A DNA stretch of 63,360 nucleotides from Clostridia bacterium (GTDB lineage: Bacteria; Bacillota; Clostridia; UMGS1883). Below, one piece after another: positions 39,501 to 48,157 of this stretch. Numbering within the stretch: the first letter of the stretch is position 1; every line of letters begins with the position of its first letter. A program made the translations under genes and the position numbers. Below the pieces are notes generated by a model. It made no database searches. It was not told where the DNA came from and saw only the letters and a list, made by a program, of their open reading frames with translations. Location of the stretch: positions 10,287-73,646 of the forward strand of contig JBJDXJ010000006.1 in NCBI GenBank assembly GCA_051866635.1, in the 5' to 3' direction.

Positions 39501-39815
39501 TTCAGCGGCATAAGTACCGTCGGTAGGCGTTAATTTTACATTTTTAACGTATGTTCCTGTGTTTTCTCTGAACAATTCAAGCTTGCCCTGAAAAGCCGTT
39601 GTATTCCAATAGGGAACATCACCTTGAGCAGGCTGATAATAAGCGTTAGTGAATGACTGCCCTTCTTCAAAGCTACCGTTCTGCAATTTTCTGTTGTCTT
39701 CTGCGGCAACATATGAAATGTTTCCGCAGAACATAGCAATAATACACACTACTGCTACAACTGCACGCAGATTTCCAATAATCTTTCTTTTTTGATTTTT
39801 ACTTATAAATTTCAT
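36522..39815 (-). CDS. Large secreted protein with InlB B-type (Flg_new) repeats
   Basis: Signal peptide; repeated ATAxxxYxFxGWYD...TYYARF units; no LPXTG, SLH or C-terminal TM. Confidence 0.8.
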   Translation of the reverse strand: MKFISKNQKRKIIGNLRAVVAVVCIIAMFCGNISYVAAEDNRKLQNGSFEEGQSFTNAYYQPAQGDVPYWNTTAFQGKLELFRENTGTYVKNVKLTPTDGTYAAELNADEESTLYQNVKTTPSSVYEWGLDHGARNGTDIMALVIGPKQSVNPSKPSKDGRDHFMQMTDWLFPDGELRDEYNIGGETIYNISHEEQFVVYSKKFDTGGTFQDNAGNNAFSAIPSTIYTEEWHIWIIRDNSAATGETENPWGSYGSNAEGSAGSGNGNGSTTVDLSKYYLYTVPAGQTDTLFGFVSVGFLDPPQSAAGKEKTYGNFLDKINFQIYHPLSGSTTTHGSAVVGGSDGTSEGEGSSEGHKVTIDDKLATYVTDGEPLKIQGIVRKNDADAGCEFVGVYYTKQDENGNPVTQFLQLAGNEIEDTGSLTDEEKAGKWIKSTNADGDTVYTYYLDNITSATDLHFIFIKNPTVTYDPNGGKKYVVEREYNKDEAENVYSFKPASGSTGAEAETGTMFIPPYVSKAAEGQNSGWKFLGWLLTGDVVENTSSKTLINADKLGSLLLPAEHTIACDYSISDASDVSSAQYFKIYDGTVALTKVINNNSTNGEVDGVTWTDNGEAITYANVHKGLTMVAQWRWRQAFIPQINKGSTYNNSEQGGTVEITSVTDKTDENYEAVYNTCGKAYYAATDETVTVKATAKSGYTFEGWYDENGNLVTTNPTYSYTETKESVKTYYARFDGNVTQTYIRQVKVSGGKARSGETWEDTEDDNIGVLGRYTYTDVVGTPISSTATAKTSYKFVGWYDEAFNEVSDDMLINDGATISYTTTGDATYYARFERTFTVNFVAQTKQANGTFKTDNVGGKVSVASVTDVEGTSASSKATANSGFIFLGWYDGSGNKLSEDATYSVTLADDTDGDTYYARFEPVYNTTVQGPYLSFIAESEGEIPAVFDDRDAGTDRNHIGYGREKYGNTIATGFKYSIDNMTNVTTIQIDVNVPDTAYVKVGPESDFEGTGGDIVADGEGVKYNQGSIKRIKDGTVLQYFWDATGLKANSTYGFIIDNLYAPGATATITVNGTDGTKVTSSNGVVNTAAGQYRENSHYPG

Positions 39816-39898
39816 CTACCTGCACTCCTTCCACGCAGACAAACGCGTTTAATTTATATATCAAGTTTGAACTAAAAAATTATATTCCCAATCAATTT

Positions 39899-39927
39899 AT
39901 TATATCTTATAATTACAAGAAAATCAA
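39899..39927 (-). promoter_or_regulatory. Candidate sigmaA promoter downstream of the riboswitch terminator
   Basis: TTGATT-17 bp-TATAAT. Confidence 0.5.
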
Positions 39928-39941
39928 TCGTTTTTTTCAAC

Positions 39942-39972
39942 AAAAAAAGGTTGCAATTTAAAATTGCAACCT
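39942..39972 (-). terminator. Riboswitch expression-platform terminator
   Basis: AGGTTGCAATTT-T-AAATTGCAACCT followed by a T run; 5' arm overlaps the aptamer 3' end. Confidence 0.85.
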
Positions 39973-40048
39973 GGCAAGCATAACAAATTTATTTGTCTTA
40001 GCCCCATAGCTTTGTGCCCCTACCTTTCGATAGGTTTACTAAACTTAT
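39964..40048 (-). ncRNA. c-di-GMP-I (GEMM-I) riboswitch
   Basis: AGTAAA-CCTATC-GAAA-GGTAGG-GGCACAAAGCTATGGGGCTAAG...TATGCTTGCCAGGTTGC: GNRA P2 loop, CTAAG/TATG receptor, CAAAGC junction. Confidence 0.9.
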
Positions 40049-40058
40049 TATTTATTAT

Positions 40059-40087
40059 ATTATATTCCAAAATTCAGAATTTGTCAA
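40059..40087 (-). promoter_or_regulatory. Consensus sigmaA promoter for the riboswitch leader
   Basis: TTGACA-17 bp-TATAAT. Confidence 0.85.
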
Positions 40088-40161
40088 GAATTTTTACATA
40101 AATCTAAAGTTTATGATACACCACATATGCTTTGAAGATACCGGTCGCACACTTTATTTCG

Positions 40162-41769
40162 TTACAAACACTTTTTGTACCATTCTTGTTTATCCATGTA
40201 CATACGCTCATCAGCCCTGGTTAAAAGTTCACTTTTAGGAATATCCGGAAACTCTGATGAAAGTGCATATCCGCAGGCAAAATATATCTTGGGATCCTCG
40301 TCTGAGTTGTTGTAATATTCTACCGCCTTATGAACAGCATTATCATAACGTTCCATTTTTTCGCGGTCTGCATTTCTTACAACAACTGTAAACTCATCTC
40401 CTCCCCATCGGCACACAAACTCACCCATAGCAAAGGTGCTTCGTAAAATTTCAGAAAATTTCATAATCATCATGTCGCCCATTTCATGACCGAGAGTGTC
40501 GTTGGCATACTTCAAGCCGTTTAAGTCCATCATCATAATTCCAATGGGCTCACTGTCGGGTATTTCTTCGATAAACTCCTTCCAACGGGTTTTATTAAAT
40601 AATTTTGTAGTTTCGTCAATATACGCTTTTTTATTTATATTCAAAATATTTTCGGTAAACAGATACAGTGTATAGATTAAAAAAGTAACCGTTGTAAACA
40701 TCATGCTTGAAGAAGTATTCTTAATATAAAAATAAACAAAATCTGAAATACTGCCCGCAACAAGCAAAAGAACAAATATCATTGTGTTTATTTCTTTAAC
40801 GCCTTTTTTAGCATTAATTACGGAAATGAAAAACAAAGCTAAAATATCTGTAATAAGTATTATGTGGCAGACTGTAAGTGTTTCACGCAAGTCTTTAATG
40901 CCTGTAACCTGACACACCAGGCAAATAAAAGCCATAACACAATTCAAAAATGTCACAGGTCGTATTGCAACATTGAATTTTTCCTCATAACGTTCATCTA
41001 TATAAAGCAGTAAAGGAACCGACATCGTAAACAGAGCAGACAAACTTATATATCCCAAAGCGGCTGTATGATTTCCAAACATTACGGGAGAAAAACGTGT
41101 GTCTGTAATACGCCAGATTCCCATAAGCAGTGAAAAACAGCCCAGATACAGCATGTCAAATGCTGTGGTCCGCTTTTTAACAATAAAGATTAGCTGTACA
41201 GTAATAAGCAAAAGCCCCATTATAATGCACAGTGAAGACAAAATTATCTGTGGCAAATCAGCTTTTAACCTTTGCATAAAAACAGCATATCTTGAACCGA
41301 TTTTGAATACTGTTTCCCTGTTCTGCATACTTTTATACACAGGTGTCAGAATGACTCTGACGTTTCTTCCCTCATCTGATGGGTAAAGTGGAACCACAAC
41401 CCAATTACTGCTGGGAGATTTGCCAACAGAATTGTTCTCATCAGATGCAAGGGCATAAATCAGCTCATCATCAAAATAAACCTGAGCGTAACTATGCACA
41501 ATATAGAACATCAGACAGCTTTCGTTGTTATCCACCTGACCGATTTTCCAGCTGTACTCCTTCCGCAGTCCGATAGGTGCTGAAGCGTCCTCGATTTCTT
41601 TTACGGAATAATTATCTACCGTTTTATATGAAGCAATATTTCGGGTGTTGTAAACATTATTGTCTTTAAAGAGAAACATATAAACCGCAAGAGCAAAAAA
41701 CAACAAAACTGTTACGGCATATGTCGCAATTGTAATGCGTCTTAGATTGAGATGTGATTTCCGAGTCAT
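40162..41769 (-). CDS. Membrane-bound diguanylate cyclase (GGDEF)
   Basis: DLNGLKYANDTLGHEMGD, RWGGDEF, ADERMY; extracellular domain plus about 7 TMs; ATG 41769 after GGAGGTG. Confidence 0.9.
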   Translation of the reverse strand: MTRKSHLNLRRITIATYAVTVLLFFALAVYMFLFKDNNVYNTRNIASYKTVDNYSVKEIEDASAPIGLRKEYSWKIGQVDNNESCLMFYIVHSYAQVYFDDELIYALASDENNSVGKSPSSNWVVVPLYPSDEGRNVRVILTPVYKSMQNRETVFKIGSRYAVFMQRLKADLPQIILSSLCIIMGLLLITVQLIFIVKKRTTAFDMLYLGCFSLLMGIWRITDTRFSPVMFGNHTAALGYISLSALFTMSVPLLLYIDERYEEKFNVAIRPVTFLNCVMAFICLVCQVTGIKDLRETLTVCHIILITDILALFFISVINAKKGVKEINTMIFVLLLVAGSISDFVYFYIKNTSSSMMFTTVTFLIYTLYLFTENILNINKKAYIDETTKLFNKTRWKEFIEEIPDSEPIGIMMMDLNGLKYANDTLGHEMGDMMIMKFSEILRSTFAMGEFVCRWGGDEFTVVVRNADREKMERYDNAVHKAVEYYNNSDEDPKIYFACGYALSSEFPDIPKSELLTRADERMYMDKQEWYKKCL

Positions 41770-41900
41770 GTGAACACCTCCGTTGCCCAAAAACTTGCCA
41801 TATTTATTATACCATTTTTAAAAGTTCACTTCAAGTTAAATAATTTTGTAAAGGTTTTTTTGTGCTATATGTACAAAAAAAGTGCTGTTTCTATTATTTT

Positions 41901-41960
41901 TTAATGAAAAAAGGCTCATCTGTTAATGCAAGCATTAACAGATGAGCCTTTTTTCATTAA
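41901..41960. terminator. Long perfect palindrome, probable terminator
   Basis: 29-bp perfect arms with a 2-nt centre; overlaps the stop codon at 41957. Confidence 0.8.
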
Positions 41961-44296
41961 TATAAATCCTTAATTTCATCTGCCGTAAGGGCTCTGTTAT
42001 AAACTCTGAAATCGTCAATGATACCGTCAAAATAGGGATCGTTCCACTGGGATTTACCTATGTAATTTGCAGAGGTGAATCCTAAATCAGATGGGTTACT
42101 TGTTATTGTTTCACTTCTTCCGGCTTCCTCACCGTTTATGTAAATAATTCCCGTATCTCCCGAAAGGGTCACGGCAATATGATACCATTTGTTGCTTTCT
42201 ATTACGGTGTTTGTTAATATTTCCTGTTCTTTACCTGTAGCTAAGGTTTTAGTTGCAAATTTCACCGTACCGTCAGAGGATTGCGGAGTTAGGAACATAT
42301 AGCTTGATGTATTTGAACCAAAGTCAAATACTCTCTGCCACCCTTTTACCTCACGGAGGTTTATCCATGCAGAAATTGTGCAGTCAGAAAGATACTCTGT
42401 AATACCTGTGTCCAGACTTACAAAGCTTCCTTTTCCGTTAAGGTCAACACCCATATTGTCATGTCCCAATGTATACTTTTCTGTACCCATGAAAAAGCCT
42501 TTGATGCCACTGTTTGTACAATTCACATTATTTTCAAAATCGAACTTTAATATAGGGTCATCCTTAATAACAGGTTCTGTTACAACTGATGCTATTTTTA
42601 AATATTTGTTCCACTTTACCTCTGCCCCCAATGCTTCCGAAACAAATCTTACAGGTACCATAGTTCTGTTATTTCGTATAATTGCAGGTGTATCAAGGGT
42701 AACAATTTCTCCGTTGACCTTGGCTTCTAAATTGTCTATTGTAAGCTCAATTACTTTATCGCCCTTTACGGCAGTAACGGTTTTTGTATCCTGGTTCCAT
42801 TCAATACTTGCACCTATGCTTTCAAAAATTGCTCTTAAAGGCACCAAAACTCTGTCGTTTAAAATAAAGGGTGCAACATCTGTTTTTATCTTTATGCCGT
42901 TAACATTAACGGAAGGTGTAACCTCCTCCCCTTCACCCAATGTGAGAAGGAGCGTTGATGCCGCCGGGTAATCGTCACTTGTAGGCTCGGGCATATTGCT
43001 TTCGTAAACACTTGCAAGATACTTAAACCTATCTTCTGTCATGTTCTGCTTTTCAATGTATTTATAATAATTGTACACCGCTCCGGCAAGTGCCTCTATT
43101 CTGCCTCTGCCATCTTCATTTATCTTTGTGTATGTATAGCCGTCCTGGACTGTAGGTGTCCACAAAACATCTTCACCCATGTGATAGCGGACAAGATAAC
43201 TGTAGCCCTCTAAAAATCTGTCGTTACCGAAGTTAAAGGGATTAACCGCATCTTCACCTACTGAAACTGTTCCTTTTACAGGGTCTACCATTGTTCCCTG
43301 TGCAAAAATCATTTGCAAAAGTGTAGAAAGTCCTCCTATATCATCATAAGAATGTCCTGCATCTCTGCCCATTTCAGTAAGCTGAACGTGGTAGTCTTCT
43401 TCCGAAAGCTCTTCACCTGTTTCTTCATTTTTTGTCATAAGCCGCATTACCTTAGTAAGAGCACCGTTTCTGCCGCCTTCGTCGCCCTCTTCATTTACAA
43501 GTGCCGCTTCCACCGCTTCCTCGTACATTTTAAGGTCGTTTGTAAAGATTGCCTGTGCCATGCCGCCCATAACACAGAACTGATGCTGTGCCATCCAGAA
43601 GGTGTGCATATTATAAGTAATGGAAAGCTGTTCCATCATATTTGCAAGATTTTTTGTATCTTCCTCTGTCCACTTAAGTTCCTCTGTTTCGCAATCGGTA
43701 TAACGGAATATTTCACCTGCCGCCGCAAGGAAATATGTAAGTATTGCATAGCGGAAATTAACGTGCCATTGCACCGATTCAATAGATGACCATGCTCTGA
43801 TTATCTTCATGGAGTTTGCTCTGTAAACATCATCACCTGTTATATACCACATAATAGCCTGCTTAAAGGCAGTGGCACCATCCCAGTTTGCACGCATACC
43901 GCAATATACATCAAGTGCCTGATTGTTCTGTTTTGTCCAAGGGCCTAAAATATTTACAAAATAATCGTTACCGAATTCGTAATATATACGGGGGTTTTTA
44001 CTGCAGTCACCGTCTGCCGCAAAGGCTACAAATGCACTTCTCCAAGGTTCCTGTCCGCTTCTTACCTTATCACGCATATTGTCAAGGTACATTTGGTTAA
44101 CTGATATACCCGGGTGCATAATTGTGCCTTCATGCACGCTTCCCTCCTCATCGGTATAGCTTAAGTTTTCATAAATCGTAACTGCCTGAGGCACATAATC
44201 TGTTATAAGGTCGTATGCATCCTCAGCTTGTGCTAAAATCGGTACAACGCTCAAAAGCATAATTAAAGAAACCAATAAACTTACTGCTCTTTTCAT
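41957..44296 (-). CDS. Secreted alginate-lyase-like domain + copper amine oxidase N-terminal domain + LamG
   Basis: HPG..LDNMR.KV..G.EPW, WYITGD..Y, EMGRDAGH; DRVLVPLRAIFE; WYHIAVT...IDDFRVYNRALT. Confidence 0.75.
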   Translation of the reverse strand: MKRAVSLLVSLIMLLSVVPILAQAEDAYDLITDYVPQAVTIYENLSYTDEEGSVHEGTIMHPGISVNQMYLDNMRDKVRSGQEPWRSAFVAFAADGDCSKNPRIYYEFGNDYFVNILGPWTKQNNQALDVYCGMRANWDGATAFKQAIMWYITGDDVYRANSMKIIRAWSSIESVQWHVNFRYAILTYFLAAAGEIFRYTDCETEELKWTEEDTKNLANMMEQLSITYNMHTFWMAQHQFCVMGGMAQAIFTNDLKMYEEAVEAALVNEEGDEGGRNGALTKVMRLMTKNEETGEELSEEDYHVQLTEMGRDAGHSYDDIGGLSTLLQMIFAQGTMVDPVKGTVSVGEDAVNPFNFGNDRFLEGYSYLVRYHMGEDVLWTPTVQDGYTYTKINEDGRGRIEALAGAVYNYYKYIEKQNMTEDRFKYLASVYESNMPEPTSDDYPAASTLLLTLGEGEEVTPSVNVNGIKIKTDVAPFILNDRVLVPLRAIFESIGASIEWNQDTKTVTAVKGDKVIELTIDNLEAKVNGEIVTLDTPAIIRNNRTMVPVRFVSEALGAEVKWNKYLKIASVVTEPVIKDDPILKFDFENNVNCTNSGIKGFFMGTEKYTLGHDNMGVDLNGKGSFVSLDTGITEYLSDCTISAWINLREVKGWQRVFDFGSNTSSYMFLTPQSSDGTVKFATKTLATGKEQEILTNTVIESNKWYHIAVTLSGDTGIIYINGEEAGRSETITSNPSDLGFTSANYIGKSQWNDPYFDGIIDDFRVYNRALTADEIKDLY

Positions 44297-44301
44297 TTTC
44301 T

Positions 44302-45054
44302 CTACACCTCTATTTTAAAAATTCCGTCTTCATCACGTTTAGCTTCAATAATCCGTCCATCGGGATAAATTATTCCCGATGGATTTCTTTCTTCTGCCAT
44401 TTTAGGAAGATAGGGCAGTGCCATTGCACCAATCATGGGCAAATTCACTTCCTTAGCTCTTTTTAAAACATATTCCTTTTCCCAACCCCAGGTTGGACAT
44501 AAAACAAAGTCTGCACCCATATTTTTTAGATTTATTACAGTTTCTGAAAACTGTGCATCGTAGCAAATCATAATGCCAGCTTTTCCCACCGGTGTGTCAA
44601 AGGTTACATATCTATCCCCTTTTTTTAGTGCATCTCTTTCGTCTCCTGCAAGGTATATTTTATCGTAAATATCAATTATATTCCCGTTTGGGGCAAATAT
44701 ATATGCACTGTTATACAAATCTTCGCCCAATATCCGATACAGCCCTGCAACAACATAGGAACGGTGCTTTTTCGCAATATGGGAAAATGCTTCAATATAG
44801 CTATCCAAATTCTTTTTTACACATTCTTTTAAAATTTCTTTTCCGCATTTCAGATTTCCCGGGAAATTTACAGCCTCGGTTGTGACAATTATTTCACCAA
44901 AGCCACATGTATCGCACAATGCAATAACTTCATGTGCCATTATGTCCGACAATGATATTCTGTCCGATATGGCAAGCATGGGATTATTCTCAAAATCATA
45001 CAGTCTGTTCTGAACAGATTGTACAAGTGAAATTTTCATGTTCTCACCCCTCAC
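44302..45054 (-). CDS. Carbon-nitrogen hydrolase (nitrilase superfamily)
   Basis: E-K-C triad: TTEA, YDKIYL, ICYD; LYNSA. Confidence 0.85.
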   Translation of the reverse strand: MRGENMKISLVQSVQNRLYDFENNPMLAISDRISLSDIMAHEVIALCDTCGFGEIIVTTEAVNFPGNLKCGKEILKECVKKNLDSYIEAFSHIAKKHRSYVVAGLYRILGEDLYNSAYIFAPNGNIIDIYDKIYLAGDERDALKKGDRYVTFDTPVGKAGIMICYDAQFSETVINLKNMGADFVLCPTWGWEKEYVLKRAKEVNLPMIGAMALPYLPKMAEERNPSGIIYPDGRIIEAKRDEDGIFKIEV

Positions 45055-47953
45055 TTACAAGTTGCATATAATCAATATCAATATTTCCTTCACCTTCAAA
45101 TGCAAGGAACATCATTCTCTGCCTTAAAGGTGCACCTTTATTTACAGAAAGCATCACAGTTTTCCACTGACCGTTTGTACTTGGAATAATGCCTTCTGCA
45201 AAGGGCAGATTTGAAATATTTTCGTTTGTTATACTGATTTTAACGTCACCTGTCGTTCTAACCCTAAGTACAACATAATCCGATGCTTTGGGAAAATATC
45301 CGTTTGTGTAAGCAATTCGGCTACCGACCCTGTCAGTTTTTACAGAAGCATAGACAAATTCATCATCTTCCCTAACTTCCGCTTCTCCGTAATTTAAGGC
45401 TGTAAAGTTTTCTATCTGCCATGTATCGTCAGTATCTAATCTTCTTATGTCCTTCTCGGGCTTTACATAAGTTTCTGCCGCACAATCGGGTGTAAACAAA
45501 AGGGTTGATGCGGCAAGGCAGTCGTCATTTGTTCCCTCGGGCATAGTCATTTCATAAACCTTCGTCACGTACTTAATGTCGTCTGCTGTCATGTCTTTAT
45601 TTTCAATGTACTTATAGTAGTTATATACAATGCCCCAGCCTGCGTCAAATCTGCCCACATTCAAATCGTTTATGGACGCATAGAAGCCGTCGCCGTCACT
45701 GCCTGTAGGAATATATTCAACCTGATTGCCTAAATTGTACTTTAATATGTAATTTACCCCTGCAAGAAGTCTGTCATCAAGGTAGTTAAATATATTTACG
45801 CCTTCAGGGTCAATTTCGCCTGTTTCATTGCTTACCAATGTTCCCTGATAGTAGATTATTGCGGCACTTGTTCCCATACAGTCCACGTTGCCGTAGGCAT
45901 GACCCATATCTCTTCCCATTTCAACAACCTGAATATTAGGCTCTACTTCTTCCCCTGTTACAATGTTTTTAGTTACCTTTCGTATCTGCATATTGATTGA
46001 ACCGCTTCTTGGGCTTGTGCTTTCCTTATTTGCGGTAATTCTTTCAACACCCTTTGCATAATCTTCAAGATTATTTCTGAAAATACCGCTTGCCATCATG
46101 GCATTAGTGCACATAACATGCTGGTTCATAAAGTGCCACCAGCGGTCGTATTTATCCTTTGTAAGCTCTAACATATGTGTAAATTTGGCTGTATCATCAT
46201 CTGTCCAGTTAAGTTCCTCGTTTTCGCAGTCTGCATACCTTAAGATTTCAGCCGCCGCACACATTTTCAAAACTCCTACGCTTACTCGTATCTGTTCATC
46301 GTACAATGCCGAAATTGACTGCATCTGAGACCAGCCACGAAGAATGTACATCGCATTTTTTCTGTACACTTCGTCACCTGTTATATACCACATAACAGCC
46401 TGGTTAAACGCCGTGCTTCCGTCCTCAGCCATCCATCTGCCATGATTATATCCGGTGTTGTTCCAAGGAATGTTTATGTATTCATCTTCTCCGTTCCAGC
46501 GTATAAAAGGTGTTTTTGAGCTTCTGCCCGTCTTTGCAAAGCTTTCAAAAGCACCAAGCCAAGGCTCCGTCCCTTCACGTACCCTTTTTTGCATAACATC
46601 TAAATTATTTTTTGTCAGACCAACCCCGGGATGCACAATGCCTGTTTCTTCGTCAATAACTTCAACAGCTTCCGGTTTAAAAGGGGTAATATAATCTTTT
46701 AAAACGTCTTGACCGTCATTCTCTGCTTTTACATATTCCCCTATATCATTTAAAAACCACACATCGCCATCCTCGGTCATTTTACTGTTATCTATAAAAT
46801 TTTTATTGTCAAGCCCTGTTATTTTGTAACCGCCTTCAGAAGGTATAAATCCCCATTTTTCATTGTTCGCATTTCCAGCATTCCATGTTATAACAATGGC
46901 ACCTACATCCTTTGATGCACCGGACACATTTACGTTCTTTCCTGTTTCAACATGTGTAATTGTGTAGTAACCTGCGGGATTGCAGGAAGTCAGATACCAA
47001 CCCTGGGTATTATTTAAAAGGTGTTCACCTTCTTTGTTTGTAATTGTATATAACCTATCTGTTGAAAGGGTGGCAAATCCTAAATCCTTTGCAACGTATT
47101 CCTGTGCAATTTCATGGTCTTTCTCAGGCAACAGTTCAACAGTCCAAGGGTATTTATTCTCGGTAATGTACAGCTTTTCATTATCTTTTGCCAAATACTT
47201 ATCCGCATATTTTGAATAAATATATGTATTTCCATTTTCTTTCACTATTTTCCAGTTTTCGTTTGCACCGTTTCCGCCTGCATAAATCATCACTTCGCTA
47301 CCCTCTGCCTGTGAGGCATTTCTGATATTCAGGCATTTTCCGCTTTCTGAATCGAAAACGCTGAAACCGCCCGCAAAACTTGCGTTTTTAGTAAATATCC
47401 AAGGGTATGCTTCATTTGTGAAGGCAACCCCACCTTCGCTTGCACCAAGATATGTTCCGCTGTTGTCTTTTATTGTATAAGACCGTCTTGCCTGAACTTC
47501 ACCTGTTTTCACACTTACGGCTTTCTTACTGTCTATCCATTCAACAGACAAATCAAGGCTTTCGCATATAGCTCTGACAGGAACATATGTTGTGCCGTTT
47601 TCGATAAATGCGTCAACATTTTTCCCCTCTGCATCCTTCATTTCGAGAAGTTTTCCGTCAACATAAACATTCACCTTTCCGTCCACAGAAATGTTTTCGG
47701 GCATTTTTCCCAAAACAACACTTTTAGTTTCCCCATCCCATAATACACTCTTTCCTACAAGTTTTGCCATGGCACGTACAGGCAAATATGTAGTGCCGTT
47801 TTTTAATATAGGGTACACGTTGTTTCCATTTGCATCCTTAGCAATGTAAACATCACCATCTGTTAAAATGGATATGTTACTTTCTTTTGCAAATACAGTC
47901 TGCACGAAAAGATTTGCTATAATAAGGATAATTGCCACAATTTTCTTTTTCAT
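45044..47953 (-). CDS. Secreted protein: copper amine oxidase N/stalk domains + ricin-like lectin + alginate-lyase-like + CBM-like
   Basis: GTTYLPVRA and GTTYVPVRA; NENW/NEKW trefoil repeats; HPGVG, WYITGD, EMGRDMGH. Confidence 0.75.
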   Translation of the reverse strand: MKKKIVAIILIIANLFVQTVFAKESNISILTDGDVYIAKDANGNNVYPILKNGTTYLPVRAMAKLVGKSVLWDGETKSVVLGKMPENISVDGKVNVYVDGKLLEMKDAEGKNVDAFIENGTTYVPVRAICESLDLSVEWIDSKKAVSVKTGEVQARRSYTIKDNSGTYLGASEGGVAFTNEAYPWIFTKNASFAGGFSVFDSESGKCLNIRNASQAEGSEVMIYAGGNGANENWKIVKENGNTYIYSKYADKYLAKDNEKLYITENKYPWTVELLPEKDHEIAQEYVAKDLGFATLSTDRLYTITNKEGEHLLNNTQGWYLTSCNPAGYYTITHVETGKNVNVSGASKDVGAIVITWNAGNANNEKWGFIPSEGGYKITGLDNKNFIDNSKMTEDGDVWFLNDIGEYVKAENDGQDVLKDYITPFKPEAVEVIDEETGIVHPGVGLTKNNLDVMQKRVREGTEPWLGAFESFAKTGRSSKTPFIRWNGEDEYINIPWNNTGYNHGRWMAEDGSTAFNQAVMWYITGDEVYRKNAMYILRGWSQMQSISALYDEQIRVSVGVLKMCAAAEILRYADCENEELNWTDDDTAKFTHMLELTKDKYDRWWHFMNQHVMCTNAMMASGIFRNNLEDYAKGVERITANKESTSPRSGSINMQIRKVTKNIVTGEEVEPNIQVVEMGRDMGHAYGNVDCMGTSAAIIYYQGTLVSNETGEIDPEGVNIFNYLDDRLLAGVNYILKYNLGNQVEYIPTGSDGDGFYASINDLNVGRFDAGWGIVYNYYKYIENKDMTADDIKYVTKVYEMTMPEGTNDDCLAASTLLFTPDCAAETYVKPEKDIRRLDTDDTWQIENFTALNYGEAEVREDDEFVYASVKTDRVGSRIAYTNGYFPKASDYVVLRVRTTGDVKISITNENISNLPFAEGIIPSTNGQWKTVMLSVNKGAPLRQRMMFLAFEGEGNIDIDYMQLVSEG

Positions 47954-48063
47954 TTTCCTCTCTCCTTATATTGGTTACCTTAATTATAACATCTTTACCT
48001 TTTTACTTCAATAAGCTCAATATCCCATTTTGCTCTATTGATTTCCCGAAATATAATTTATCT

Positions 48064-48086
48064 AAAAAAGCACCTTTCGGTGCTTT
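48064..48086 (-). terminator. Intrinsic terminator
   Basis: AAAGCACC-GAAA-GGTGCTTTTTT on the minus strand. Confidence 0.8.
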
Positions 48087-48157
48087 AAAAGTAGAATTGC
48101 CTGATATTAAAATAGCTTGCATAAAAGGATAAAGCTTTTTCTCCTGACGATAATAAG

